Shown here in pieces: positions 8,424 to 18,031 of a stretch of DNA of 64,000 bases. The position numbers and the translations under genes are program-made. This DNA is from Myxococcota bacterium (lineage in GTDB: Bacteria; Myxococcota_A; SURF-8): contig CAXXQS010000001.1 in the NCBI GenBank assembly GCA_963674735.2, forward strand, positions 1,088,001 to 1,152,000, given 5' to 3'. Position 1 is the first letter of the stretch, and the number at the start of each line of letters is the position of its first letter. The notes beneath the pieces are model-generated. The model had not been told where the DNA came from and ran no database searches. It saw only the letters and a list, made by a program, of their open reading frames with translations.

Positions 8424-10915
8424 CGCTGCGCCACCGTCAAGACATCGATAAGGCCGACATCATACCAGGGAAGCGGCATGACCTCCAAGTTTCCATCGTA
8501 TTTAAGATGTGCGGCTCCATGGCGGTCGGTTCGATGAAGCTTGGGAAAGCGTGAACGCATGTGTTCCCAGGTGTCGGCGGATAGGTAGCGCTGCAGCGAG
8601 CGATTGATGAGCAGAACCACATGAGTGGGTGAAAAGGCGTCCAACAGGCTGTCGAAACCTGTTGGGCTGCCGGGTCCGATGAACACGACTGCGTGAATCG
8701 ATTCGGTATCCGTATCGGCCAGATAATGCCAAATCGATGGATGGATACGATGGGGAGAAGATACGATCAAGACTCGTCCGGCGGGAGTCGAAAGCTCGAC
8801 AAGCGGGACCGGTTTGCCTGTTAGAACCGGGGCACGCCAGATGTGCATGCCGGGAGTGGAGGTCGGGGATTTGCAAAGGCGTGGAACGTCCCGGACAAAC
8901 GGGCAGGTTTGCCGGTAGAGATATTGGGGAGTGGGAAAAGAGAAACGTTGCGCTAAAAACGTGTTGGATGCCTGACGACCCGCCGACGGGAAGGGTTGCC
9001 AGACTTCGTCGAGGCTATCGGCCCCAAGTGCCCATAAAAGCGGGGCCAGACGTCGATCCAAGTCGCCGAGATCGGAAACGGGACGGGTGGCCAGGTCGAA
9101 AAACGCCACCGACTCATCGGGTTGGGCGACGATGATTGCAGCAGCTTCCCGTGTATGCGGCACCCATATTCCGGTGTTGGGAAAGGGGAAAAGCTGCGGG
9201 ACTAGCCAGACGAGCGAGCCGATGGCGGCCAGTAGGCAAGATGCGAAAAGGTAGCTGATTTTCATGCGCTTCCGCTCGTGTCGATTGGGCAACGTGAGGC
9301 GACCTTTCGGGAGGCTGGCCGAAGGTGTCAGGCCGATGAACAGGCACAAAGTGGCTGCGAAAAGCCACCAGAAAGCGGGTTGCGGAGTCGCGGCGTAAAC
9401 GACTCCGCCGAATGTGTCGGTCAGTGACTGTTGCACGGTGATGCTGGCGTCAATCAAAAAATCACCGACTTGCAAAAACAAATCCGTCCCGGGCAGCCCG
9501 ACCAGCCAAGCAAGCGTGGTCAATCCCAAAAGCGGAATGATAATCGTTGTGTAGAGTGGAACCACGATGAGGTTGGCGAGGGGGCCCAGCCAACTGACCA
9601 TATGGAAATGGGTGGCGAGGATGGGGGCGCTGACTACGGTACAGACCAAGCTGACCGCCAGCCAGAATACCCAGGCCCGACAGATGGCATTGAGCCGGTT
9701 TTTTCTCCAAAGCCAAGCGCGTGTTTTCTCGGGAATGAGTCGCTCCAGGCGCGGAACTCCGATTATGATCGCGGCCACAGAGGCGAAGCTGAGTTGAAAG
9801 CCGACCTCGAACAGCGAATACGGCATGCCGATCAAGATAATGATCCCGGCCAGCGCGAGGCTGTTGATTCCGTTGGAGTGACGACGCAGCAATCCGCTGG
9901 ATAAAAACACCGTGACCATGATGGCGGCTCGCAACGTCGCGATGCGTAGCCCGGCCATGAGGGCGTATCCCCAAATCAAGGGCAAGCTGATCGCGGCTGC
10001 CGCCTGAAGGGGTGTTATGAAATGAAAAACGGCTGGCAGGCGTTTCCATGCAAACTGGACGGAGACGAAAAGCCACAGCGCCATGATGCCAAGATGCAGG
10101 CCGGAAATGGCCAGTAAATGGGCAGTCCCGGCGTATTGAAACACCTGCTTCAGATCTTCCGGAACGCCTTTGGGCATGCCGAGTGTCAGGGCTTTGAGGA
10201 TCTCGTTTTGTTGGTTGTCGCCCATCCCATCTATCCACTGGCTCATTCGAAAACGTGCTTTTTCAAAGATAAGCCGAAAACTTGATCGTGCGTCGGGCGA
10301 CAGGGTCTGAATCGCCTTGGTCGAGCGGATATAAGCCGTGGACCATACGCCATGATGGGCCAAATACGCGCCGAGATCGAATTCTCCGGGATTTTGAGGC
10401 CGTGGTAGTCGGCGCAGGCGCAACGTCGCCTGTACGCGGTCTCCGGGGCTCCAGATGGGACTGTCGATGGCGGCATAGACCAGGAGCAGACCTTGGCAAA
10501 GACGTTCCGGGGTTCCAGGCAACCGGCAACGTTCTGCCTCAATCAGAACTTGCCACGAACGCCGACCTTTTACGGGTGCTCGTGGAATGATGCCGGTTAC
10601 ATCGACGGATTGTCCATGTGCCAGATGGGCCAAGTGATTTTGCGCCGGAGGGATGGAGTGGTTATGACGGTAAGAGGCGAAACCGACACAATAGGCGGCT
10701 AGCATGAGGAAAAGAGTCAGAAACAGTGCGAAATGGTGGGTGATGAGCCCCCATAGCGCGATTGGAATCAGCAAAACGAGTGAAAGTGCGAGCAGGAATA
10801 GTTCGAATGCGGGACTATCGGCAGCTACGATACCCAAAGAAAGGGCCGGTACGACCAAAAGAAGGGGGCGCGCCAGCAAGCCACGCAGCCACTCGACTAA
10901 CGCCCAGCCGATCAT
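8420..10915 (-). CDS. comEC: ComEC/Rec2 DNA uptake channel
   Basis: NPGEFD in the OB domain; GTAHLLAISGLHLG; LRAAIM; GFQLSF; multiple TMs; degenerate C-terminal domain ending HRTDRHGA. Confidence 0.9.
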   Translation of the reverse strand: MIGWALVEWLRGLLARPLLLVVPALSLGIVAADSPAFELFLLALSLVLLIPIALWGLITHHFALFLTLFLMLAAYCVGFASYRHNHSIPPAQNHLAHLAHGQSVDVTGIIPRAPVKGRRSWQVLIEAERCRLPGTPERLCQGLLLVYAAIDSPIWSPGDRVQATLRLRRLPRPQNPGEFDLGAYLAHHGVWSTAYIRSTKAIQTLSPDARSSFRLIFEKARFRMSQWIDGMGDNQQNEILKALTLGMPKGVPEDLKQVFQYAGTAHLLAISGLHLGIMALWLFVSVQFAWKRLPAVFHFITPLQAAAAISLPLIWGYALMAGLRIATLRAAIMVTVFLSSGLLRRHSNGINSLALAGIIILIGMPYSLFEVGFQLSFASVAAIIIGVPRLERLIPEKTRAWLWRKNRLNAICRAWVFWLAVSLVCTVVSAPILATHFHMVSWLGPLANLIVVPLYTTIIIPLLGLTTLAWLVGLPGTDLFLQVGDFLIDASITVQQSLTDTFGGVVYAATPQPAFWWLFAATLCLFIGLTPSASLPKGRLTLPNRHERKRMKISYLFASCLLAAIGSLVWLVPQLFPFPNTGIWVPHTREAAAIIVAQPDESVAFFDLATRPVSDLGDLDRRLAPLLWALGADSLDEVWQPFPSAGRQASNTFLAQRFSFPTPQYLYRQTCPFVRDVPRLCKSPTSTPGMHIWRAPVLTGKPVPLVELSTPAGRVLIVSSPHRIHPSIWHYLADTDTESIHAVVFIGPGSPTGFDSLLDAFSPTHVVLLINRSLQRYLSADTWEHMRSRFPKLHRTDRHGAAHLKYDGNLEVMPLPWYDVGLIDVLTVAQR

Positions 10916-10975
10916 GGCGTTGCGCGATTCTGAATGGGGTGGGCTCGTTTTGCATATGAAAGCGATAACGGAGGC

Positions 10976-11902
10976 TTAGAGACTGCGATCCATTCGCTTG
11001 AGCATGGCGGACAAGGCTTTCCGGTCGGGCGAGGAGGTGGCACCGCCGGGCTGCTGAACTGCGAGACTACCGCAGGCACAGCCACGCGCCAGGCAATCGT
11101 CGAAGGGTTTTCCATCAACCAGACCCGAGAGGAAACCCGCGTTGAAATTGTCGCCTGCACCTGTTGTATCAACCGCTTTCACCTTCGGAGCCGTGATGCG
11201 CAACGTTTGTCCATCGTCATAGCCCAAAGCTCCCTTGGGACCGTCCTTGATTACCGCGGTGGTGTGTTTATTCAAGGACTTAAGGGCTTGACGGACGTTG
11301 TTGACCCCGGCCACTTGTCGGGCTTCCACCGCATTGGGCAGGATGATGTCCACGGATGACAGAATACGTCTCACCTTGGGAATGTCGAGTGATCCCCAGG
11401 GATTGTGCATATCCATGGCCACCGTGATTCCAGCCTGACGCGCGTTTTGGGCGAGCTTGATCGCGCTGGGGTGTTGAATCATGGAAGCCAGCAGCAGGAT
11501 CTTCGTTTTTTTGGGGTCGAGCAGGGACTCGGGAAAGTGGTGTAGGTCGTCCCGGTCGAGGTAAGAGACGAAAGCACGGTCTTCGGGGAAGGTCAGCGCA
11601 ACCGTCAGGGCGCGTGCCTGGCCTTTCACGCGGTTCAGGTGGGCCGTGTCGACTCCCGCCTCCTTGAGTTCATGCTCCAGGTAACGGGAGATCATGTCAT
11701 CCCCGATTTGGGCGACCAAGGCTACATTCAGCCCCAGGCAAGCCATCGCGGCGGCGCAATTGTAAGCGCCACCGGGGGCAATCGTGAGATTGCGGGCGAA
11801 TATTTCGTGGCCCAGTTTCGGCATCGAGGGGAGACCCTCGAAAATGAAGTCGAGGAAAACGGCGTTTGGTTCGAAAACGACGACGTCGTAGGGCGGTGTC
11901 AT
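10976..11902 (-). CDS. PfkB-family carbohydrate kinase
   Basis: PGGAYN, IGDD, PNAVEA, DTTGAGDNFNAGF signature. Confidence 0.92.
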   Translation of the reverse strand: MTPPYDVVVFEPNAVFLDFIFEGLPSMPKLGHEIFARNLTIAPGGAYNCAAAMACLGLNVALVAQIGDDMISRYLEHELKEAGVDTAHLNRVKGQARALTVALTFPEDRAFVSYLDRDDLHHFPESLLDPKKTKILLLASMIQHPSAIKLAQNARQAGITVAMDMHNPWGSLDIPKVRRILSSVDIILPNAVEARQVAGVNNVRQALKSLNKHTTAVIKDGPKGALGYDDGQTLRITAPKVKAVDTTGAGDNFNAGFLSGLVDGKPFDDCLARGCACGSLAVQQPGGATSSPDRKALSAMLKRMDRSL

Positions 11903-13239
11903 GTCCAGTCCTCGAAATAGTGCGGATTGGCGTTCATGAAGCCGTCCATCAAGCGGGACCCGGCAGAGGGATCGGCGACGAGTGGGTTAGCTACCAAAGC
12001 CGCTTCGGCCGCTTCGCGGGATCGGGCGGCAATCGCCTCGACGGCCAGATTTTCGTAGCGTTTCACGCTGCGAATGACGTCCAACGCACGGGGAGACAAA
12101 TCGGTGTTGGGTATGGGAGTGATTGTGTTGTTGCCGATATCACAGGTAATCTCGACGACGTCGTTGTCCGATAAAGCTGAAATGGCGCCTCGGTTCGGGA
12201 CGCAGAAGACGTGGCGGCGTGTCGAGCCGGATGCAATGGCTTCGAGGAAGTCGAGCGCGACTCCGGCATAGCCTTCCTCGTCGTCCGTGGGGAGGTAACG
12301 GACTTCTTCGCGGGCGTATTCCATGTAGCTTTCATTGCGCTTGCGCACGTAAGCCAGATAATCGTCGAGTGCGTCACCAACATGTTTTCGGGCGATGGCG
12401 GGTTCGATGTTCGAAAGCAGGCCCGCGTTCCATTCGGCGACCAGTTCACCCCGGCATTTCGGCTCGTCCTGCATGGCGGTCAACGCTTCATCGGGAAGGA
12501 AGTAGTAGTAGAGATATTCGTTCAGGTAGCAACCCAGTTCCGCCGGAAGTGCAGCCGGGAAGATCGGTTGAGCTTTATGGAGAAAGGCCGGATCTTTCAG
12601 CAAGTCGGGAAGAACGGCCTTGCCCTTATGGGTGATGGATGTGGTGAAGGAACAATGATTGAGTCCGGCGACACGGGTGTCGATTTCGGCTTTTGTAATC
12701 CCGAGATGATCGGCGGCATAATCGCGTCCGGTATCGGCGGAGTCGCAAATGCCGATAACGCGGTCGAACCCTGCGCGATTCAGCGCTTCGGTGGCCAGTC
12801 CGGCTGGATTGGTGAAGTTGAGCAGCCAGGCTTCGGGATTGAGATCGAAGGTCAGGCGGGCGTAGTCGATCAAAGCCGGAACGGATCGGCAGGCGAAAGC
12901 GAAACCCGCCGCACCGGTGGTTTCCTGTCCGATCGTTCCCGCATCGAGGCACATGCGTTCATCGCGCGCACGACCGATTTCAAAACCCTCGCGGATAGTG
13001 GTGATAACGGCCCCAGCCCCGCGTATGGCATCGGCGGGGTTGTCGTGGAGGGTCAACTTAAATGGAGAACCGGCTTTTTCAAGTAAATGACGCGCTAGAG
13101 GTAGGATCAGCTCCACCTTGCGGGGGTCGATGTCGTAAATGGCCAGTTCGTCGATATCGATTGCGCTTTGACGTTTCGCGATGCTGCCGACCAATAAAGG
13201 GGCGCGAACACCCGCACCACCGATTACCGTTATTTTCAT
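11899..13239 (-). CDS. Family 4 glycoside hydrolase (6-phospho-beta-glucosidase-like)
   Basis: KITVIGGAGVR, GQETTGAAG, NFTNPAG, IGICD, GLNH, NEYLYYY. Confidence 0.92.
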   Translation of the reverse strand: MKITVIGGAGVRAPLLVGSIAKRQSAIDIDELAIYDIDPRKVELILPLARHLLEKAGSPFKLTLHDNPADAIRGAGAVITTIREGFEIGRARDERMCLDAGTIGQETTGAAGFAFACRSVPALIDYARLTFDLNPEAWLLNFTNPAGLATEALNRAGFDRVIGICDSADTGRDYAADHLGITKAEIDTRVAGLNHCSFTTSITHKGKAVLPDLLKDPAFLHKAQPIFPAALPAELGCYLNEYLYYYFLPDEALTAMQDEPKCRGELVAEWNAGLLSNIEPAIARKHVGDALDDYLAYVRKRNESYMEYAREEVRYLPTDDEEGYAGVALDFLEAIASGSTRRHVFCVPNRGAISALSDNDVVEITCDIGNNTITPIPNTDLSPRALDVIRSVKRYENLAVEAIAARSREAAEAALVANPLVADPSAGSRLMDGFMNANPHYFEDWT

Positions 13240-13314
13240 CAATCCACCTCGTCGATTTTGCGGGAAAAAGGGTTCCGATTGCAGGTGATCGAGCTCAAAG
13301 TTTCCGGAACGAAT

Positions 13315-14529
13315 CTACTTTTCGTTCAGCTTGAACTGAATGATTTTCTCGACAACATCTTTGGAGATTGCACCCACTACCAAGTGCGAGCGGTCCACTA
13401 CCAACGCGGGAGTTCCGGGTATTTTCAGCCCCATGGCTTCCGTGATATCGGCGCGTAATTCCGTGCGCACATCGGGACCGGTCAGGCATGCGTCCATCTT
13501 CTGAGCGTCGAGCCGGAGGGCTTTGACGCTTTGCTGCAAGAATGTCGGGCTGATTTTCTTTTGATTTTGCAACAGATAGTGGTGATAGCTGGCAAACCGG
13601 TCCTGATGACCGGCACATTTTGCGTAAATAGAGGCCATGCAGGCGTAAGGATGGAAGGGACGATCGATCATTGGGTTGCATGCCTGATCAAGCGGCAGTT
13701 CCTTACGGATGATCTTGATTTGCGGGTATTTTTCCGTCAACTCTTCGAGAACCAGCTCCATCTGGCGGCAGAAGGGGCACTGGTAGTCGGAATAGAGGAT
13801 GAATTCAACTTCGCCTTCGGGATTGCCCAGCACGTTTCCTTTTCCGGACACCGGCCCTTTAACCGGCTCGAAGTCTTTCAGGATTTGAGCGAGCTTTTGT
13901 TCCAGGATTGATTGTTCGTGAAAATGCCCCCAACCGAAAAGGCCGATAACACCGGCTAAAACAACCAGCCCGGCCAGTATGCGGGTCCAACGGCCGAACA
14001 ACCAGCGGAAGTCGTCTGCAAAACGTTTGAAATGCCGTGAGATGGGGACATCGAGTCCGATCGTGGCAAAAATGAAAAACAACAGGTTGATCAGATAAAG
14101 CAGCATGCACATCAGGCACCAGGATCCGATTTCCGCGTAACAAATCCACGCGAGAAAGACGCTGTACCCGATAGAAAAGAGACTGATATAGAAGAGATAA
14201 AGCATCGCATTGGGGAGTTTTCGACGCCAGGAAGACAGCGCAACGGCTGACAAAACGAAGCAGAACAAGTAGGTAAGGGTTCCCAAAAGCGAGATTGGAA
14301 CCCCAAGCAACGTCGCCCAGGGACTGACACTGACGACATCGCAGTTGATTGTCTCATTGATATTGCAAAAACTGCGGTAATCGCTGCCGCCACTGGATAC
14401 TTTGAAATGGATGTAGGTCAGGTCAATCGCGGTTGCCACTCCACCCAGCAAGACCACAATCAGGACGATTAAGGCTATCGTCGTCCGCTTTTTCCGCTTC
14501 GCACTGCTTTCAACCGTCATCGTTTCCAT
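13315..14529 (-). CDS. VKOR-DsbA/thioredoxin fusion (disulfide bond formation)
   Basis: CNINETINCDVV loop, WCLMC in the membrane domain, then DYQCPFC and GTP of a DsbA fold. Confidence 0.92.
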   Translation of the reverse strand: METMTVESSAKRKKRTTIALIVLIVVLLGGVATAIDLTYIHFKVSSGGSDYRSFCNINETINCDVVSVSPWATLLGVPISLLGTLTYLFCFVLSAVALSSWRRKLPNAMLYLFYISLFSIGYSVFLAWICYAEIGSWCLMCMLLYLINLLFFIFATIGLDVPISRHFKRFADDFRWLFGRWTRILAGLVVLAGVIGLFGWGHFHEQSILEQKLAQILKDFEPVKGPVSGKGNVLGNPEGEVEFILYSDYQCPFCRQMELVLEELTEKYPQIKIIRKELPLDQACNPMIDRPFHPYACMASIYAKCAGHQDRFASYHHYLLQNQKKISPTFLQQSVKALRLDAQKMDACLTGPDVRTELRADITEAMGLKIPGTPALVVDRSHLVVGAISKDVVEKIIQFKLNEK

Positions 14530-14610
14530 TGTCCCGCGTGTTATCTGTAATCCACAATCGCTCGTAGACGTGCCGTCGGCCGTGCTGGTTGACTGAGTTG
14601 CTCGTAGTGC

Positions 14611-14662
14611 TTGCCAATACCGCCAGCTGGCCGTATAATACCTTTTGCTAACCCGGTGTCAA
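14611..14662. promoter_or_regulatory. Overlapping divergent sigma70 promoters
   Basis: Plus strand TTGCCA-N17-TATAAT; minus strand TTGACA-N16-TATTAT; the -10 elements overlap. Confidence 0.5.
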
Positions 14663-14797
14663 CCTGTTTCATTCCCGATTCCGCAACATTCGTAACCCTA
14701 TAGGAACGGGGAATAAAAAAAACACTTGCATTCCCCTAGTGTGTATGCTAAACGTCTTCGGCCTTAGAGGGAAAGATCGAATTGTGGAGTGATAGCG

Positions 14798-15199
14798 ATG
14801 ACAAAGAAAAAAACGAAGACAGTCGAAGCGACGAAAAAAAGCCCGCTCCAGATCGTGAAGGAGCGCTATGGTGAAAAGAAGAAGCTGATTTCCGAATTGG
14901 CTGGACGCATCGAGCGCCGTGATGGCGAATCGAAGGGAAACTTTGAGAAGCGACTGAGCAAAGTAAGCTGCGCCAAGCTGCTGAATTTGCTCGATCGGGC
15001 CGATGAAGTCGAGAAGGCTGGTGGCCGCGCGACTTTGATGGAGTTTATCCAGACAGATGCCGCTCGCCGTCAGGCCAAGAAATCCGATCCGAAGCTCGAT
15101 GAGAGCTACAAAGCGCATCTCGACAAGAAAACCACCGGAACTCTGCTGGATAGCTATCGTGTGGTTCAGAAACACAAGCGCGCTCAAAAACAAGCCTAG
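14798..15199 (+). CDS. Small Lys-rich hypothetical protein
   Basis: GGAG RBS, strong codon bias, own terminator; KKSPLQIVKERYGEKKKL..AKLLNL. Confidence 0.75.
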   Translation: MTKKKTKTVEATKKSPLQIVKERYGEKKKLISELAGRIERRDGESKGNFEKRLSKVSCAKLLNLLDRADEVEKAGGRATLMEFIQTDAARRQAKKSDPKLDESYKAHLDKKTTGTLLDSYRVVQKHKRAQKQA

Positions 15200-15220
15200 T
15201 ATCTTCCCTCGTTTGGATTC

Positions 15221-15250
15221 AAAGCCGGAGCGGTGTCGTTCCGGCTTTTT
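15221..15250 (+). terminator. Intrinsic terminator
   Basis: AAAGCCGGAGCG-gtgt-CGTTCCGGCTTTTT. Confidence 0.8.
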
Positions 15251-15295
15251 CAATTTGTCCCCTTCCCAATCTGGGTCGGTACTTCGACGAACGGC

Positions 15296-16432
15296 TCAGA
15301 TGTCGTCTTTCACACCGATGGACATGAATTCAGATGCTCCCGGGGATGACGCAATCGCATCTTCCGGGCCGATCATCACGATTTCATAAGCGGGATATGG
15401 CTTGAGCAATTCCGTGATGGACTTCGGTCCGCCCACGAATAGCGATACGCTCAACGCTTCGGCGATCAACGGATCGGGACCGATTACGGCCGTCGCCAAT
15501 GTCGGGCGGGCCGGTTCGCAGGTCGTCGGATCGAGGAAAGGGTGAACGCGCTGTTTACGCCGGGTAAAACCCTGTTCATAGACCGTTGACGTCATCAACG
15601 CGCGATCGCCTGTCGTGACCATGGCGTATTGTTGCAGAGGATTCACCGGATGTGGCAGAGCCACTTTCCAGGGGGAACCGTTCAAAGATCCATGCGAGAT
15701 GGAATCGGAGCCGAAGAATACGAAATAGTCCGTAAAACCGGCTTTGTCCAGGGTTTCCTTAACAAAACTCAGTGCGACTCCTCGACGAAAAAGCCTGAGA
15801 TCCAACCCGCTGTTCTTTTTCGGCAAAAAAACACTTTTCGCGGTGTCGTCAAAGATGATTTTCGTGCTTCGAGCGAATTGCAACGCGGTTTTCAACTCTT
15901 TGGGTTCCGGGTACTTGGCACGTGATGGCTCGAAATCGTACAGATCGAAGCAGGGTTTCAGAGTTAGGCTGGATAGACCGCCACTTTTTATACTCAAGTC
16001 ATCAAGTTGCCGAAGCATTGTGTAAATGGGGTCGGATACGACGACGGGAGCCATGCCCGCCTGGGCATTTAAGCGGGCCAGAACGCCTTTCTCGTGACCG
16101 GTTTCGATTTCATTTAGAAGGTTATTCAAATCTACTTTAAGCTGTTGCAGGGTTTGATCGAAGGTGAAAATCTTCGACGAAAAGACTTTGATTGTGAGTT
16201 TGGAGTCGTACACTTTGAAAGATCGTTCGAAAAGGCGAGGATTGTCTTTTTCCGCTTCAGCCACTTTCTGCATTACCTTCGCGGTGACACGGCTTTGATG
16301 TTCCTCTCGGGTTTCCCAAGGGGGAAAGAAAATGAGGTACGCGGCAAGCGTGCCAAGCAAAGCGACAATCATTCCGATGTGACTTTTGCGAGGTTGTACG
16401 TAATGTTTGCGGCGAGTGGAAAACAGGGACAT
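15296..16432 (-). CDS. ApbE-like FAD:protein FMN transferase homolog (divergent)
   Basis: RLNAQAGMAPVVVSD, PWKVALPHP, FLDPTTCEP, AVIGPDPLIAEALS follow the ApbE layout; N-terminal TM. Confidence 0.75.
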   Translation of the reverse strand: MSLFSTRRKHYVQPRKSHIGMIVALLGTLAAYLIFFPPWETREEHQSRVTAKVMQKVAEAEKDNPRLFERSFKVYDSKLTIKVFSSKIFTFDQTLQQLKVDLNNLLNEIETGHEKGVLARLNAQAGMAPVVVSDPIYTMLRQLDDLSIKSGGLSSLTLKPCFDLYDFEPSRAKYPEPKELKTALQFARSTKIIFDDTAKSVFLPKKNSGLDLRLFRRGVALSFVKETLDKAGFTDYFVFFGSDSISHGSLNGSPWKVALPHPVNPLQQYAMVTTGDRALMTSTVYEQGFTRRKQRVHPFLDPTTCEPARPTLATAVIGPDPLIAEALSVSLFVGGPKSITELLKPYPAYEIVMIGPEDAIASSPGASEFMSIGVKDDI

Positions 16433-16592
16433 CGTTGATCCTTTCAGAAGCCTGATCCGCTTTCATCTAACACAGAACTCATACCAGAGCAAGGTATCAC
16501 AATCCATGAACGAAGGGGGGTGGAAATGCATGAACGGTCTAATTCCTTGCTCAGAAATGCAACTGGGATTATACATTTAAGTGGAGGTGGCG

Positions 16593-17225
16593 ATGATTCC
16601 CGGACTCAATAGCAATATCCGAGTGAGTGAGAAGATGTTTCACATCCAAACGGAAGATTCCGGTCCCCGTTACGGTCATGTGATTTCGCATCTTTTTCAA
16701 GAAGGAACGATTCTGGCGTCGGTGAAAACCGCTTATAAAGAGCTTCTGGATCTTGATCAGGCCGAGCTTGAAGCCGAAGTCGTCAAGATCATGCGGAAAT
16801 CACACCGACAGATGGTACAGAAGCTCACCAGCGGCGAGTATGCAACCGAAATGGGTCTCAACGACAGTGGGACCATGAAGGTAATGGTGGAAGTGGAAGA
16901 AGAGGAACTCACGCCTGCTGCAGACCCCGAGAGTGACGAGGCCGAGGAAGTTCAATCCTCAACCGGTGAAACGAAGGGGAGTGATGCGGAAAAGCACGAG
17001 GATATCCGCTCTGACGTGGAGTTGGCCACACCCGACGAAAAAGACAAGACGAACCTTTCAAGTCCAGCCGATGGCCCTTCGTCGATGATCGATGAACCGC
17101 AGTTGACAACCGAGGAGCTGGTCAAACGCATCGAGGAACTGATGACACCCGCCCCGCGAGGCGAGTCGGCCGAACAAAGAATTTCTTCTCTACTGGAACG
17201 TTTTTCCGAAAATCGGCCGGATTGA
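16593..17225 (+). CDS. Hypothetical protein, conserved-looking N-terminal domain plus acidic tail
   Basis: GGAGG RBS; MIPGLNSNI..FHIQTEDSG..ISHLF..GTIL; C-terminal half E/D/S/P-rich. Confidence 0.75.
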   Translation: MIPGLNSNIRVSEKMFHIQTEDSGPRYGHVISHLFQEGTILASVKTAYKELLDLDQAELEAEVVKIMRKSHRQMVQKLTSGEYATEMGLNDSGTMKVMVEVEEEELTPAADPESDEAEEVQSSTGETKGSDAEKHEDIRSDVELATPDEKDKTNLSSPADGPSSMIDEPQLTTEELVKRIEELMTPAPRGESAEQRISSLLERFSENRPD

Positions 17226-17244
17226 CCTGTATGACAGACGCCTT

Positions 17245-17976
17245 TCAGTCGATGTTGTTAGCGCCATTCTGGGCTACCAGATTTGCGGCGCGTAGCAGGG
17301 AAGGGAATGTCCCCGCATCCGTCCACCAGCCTTCCAGCACATCGTAAGTTAACTTTCCGCGATTCAGGTACATGTTGTTGACGTCCGTGATCTCCAGCTC
17401 GCCGCGCTCGGAAGGCTTGAGGTTGCGGATAAAGTCGAATACGGTGGAATCGTAAAAGTAGATGCCGGTTACGGCCAATCGCGAAGGAGGATCTTTGGGT
17501 TTCTCATAGATTTCCACGATCTTATCATCCACGATTTTGGGGACACCGAAACGTTCGGGGTCGGGAACATCTTTTAGCAGGATTTTGGCGCCATCGCCTT
17601 GTTGGCGAAACCGTTCGGCGGCATGGCGGATATTTTTTTCGATGAGGTTGTCGCCGAGTACAACGCAGACCAACTCTCCATCACAGAAATGCTCGGCCAA
17701 ACGCAAAGCATCGGCGATACCGCCTTCACCTTCCTGGTAGGTATAGTTCAAATCTTTTAGCCCGAAATCCTGACCGTTCCCGAGTAACTCCAGAAAGTCA
17801 CCGGCGTGTTTTCCGCCCGTGACAATCAGGATATCATCGATTCCGGCGTTGATCAGGCATTGTATGGGATAATGGATCATCGGCTTGTCGTAGATGGGCA
17901 ACAAATGCTTGTTGGTAATCTTGGTCAAGGGATGAAGCCGCGTTCCCAATCCGCCAGCCAGAACAACGCCTTTCAT
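17245..17976 (-). CDS. Sugar-1-phosphate nucleotidyltransferase (RfbA/SpsI-like)
   Basis: LAGGLGTRLHPLT, KHLLPIYDKPMI, RGELEITD, WTDAGT. Confidence 0.92.
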   Translation of the reverse strand: MKGVVLAGGLGTRLHPLTKITNKHLLPIYDKPMIHYPIQCLINAGIDDILIVTGGKHAGDFLELLGNGQDFGLKDLNYTYQEGEGGIADALRLAEHFCDGELVCVVLGDNLIEKNIRHAAERFRQQGDGAKILLKDVPDPERFGVPKIVDDKIVEIYEKPKDPPSRLAVTGIYFYDSTVFDFIRNLKPSERGELEITDVNNMYLNRGKLTYDVLEGWWTDAGTFPSLLRAANLVAQNGANNID

Positions 17977-18031
17977 TGGCTTTCTCCTCTCGGAATTTGA
18001 TCGGTGCCGATAAAAAAACAACCGCCATTTT

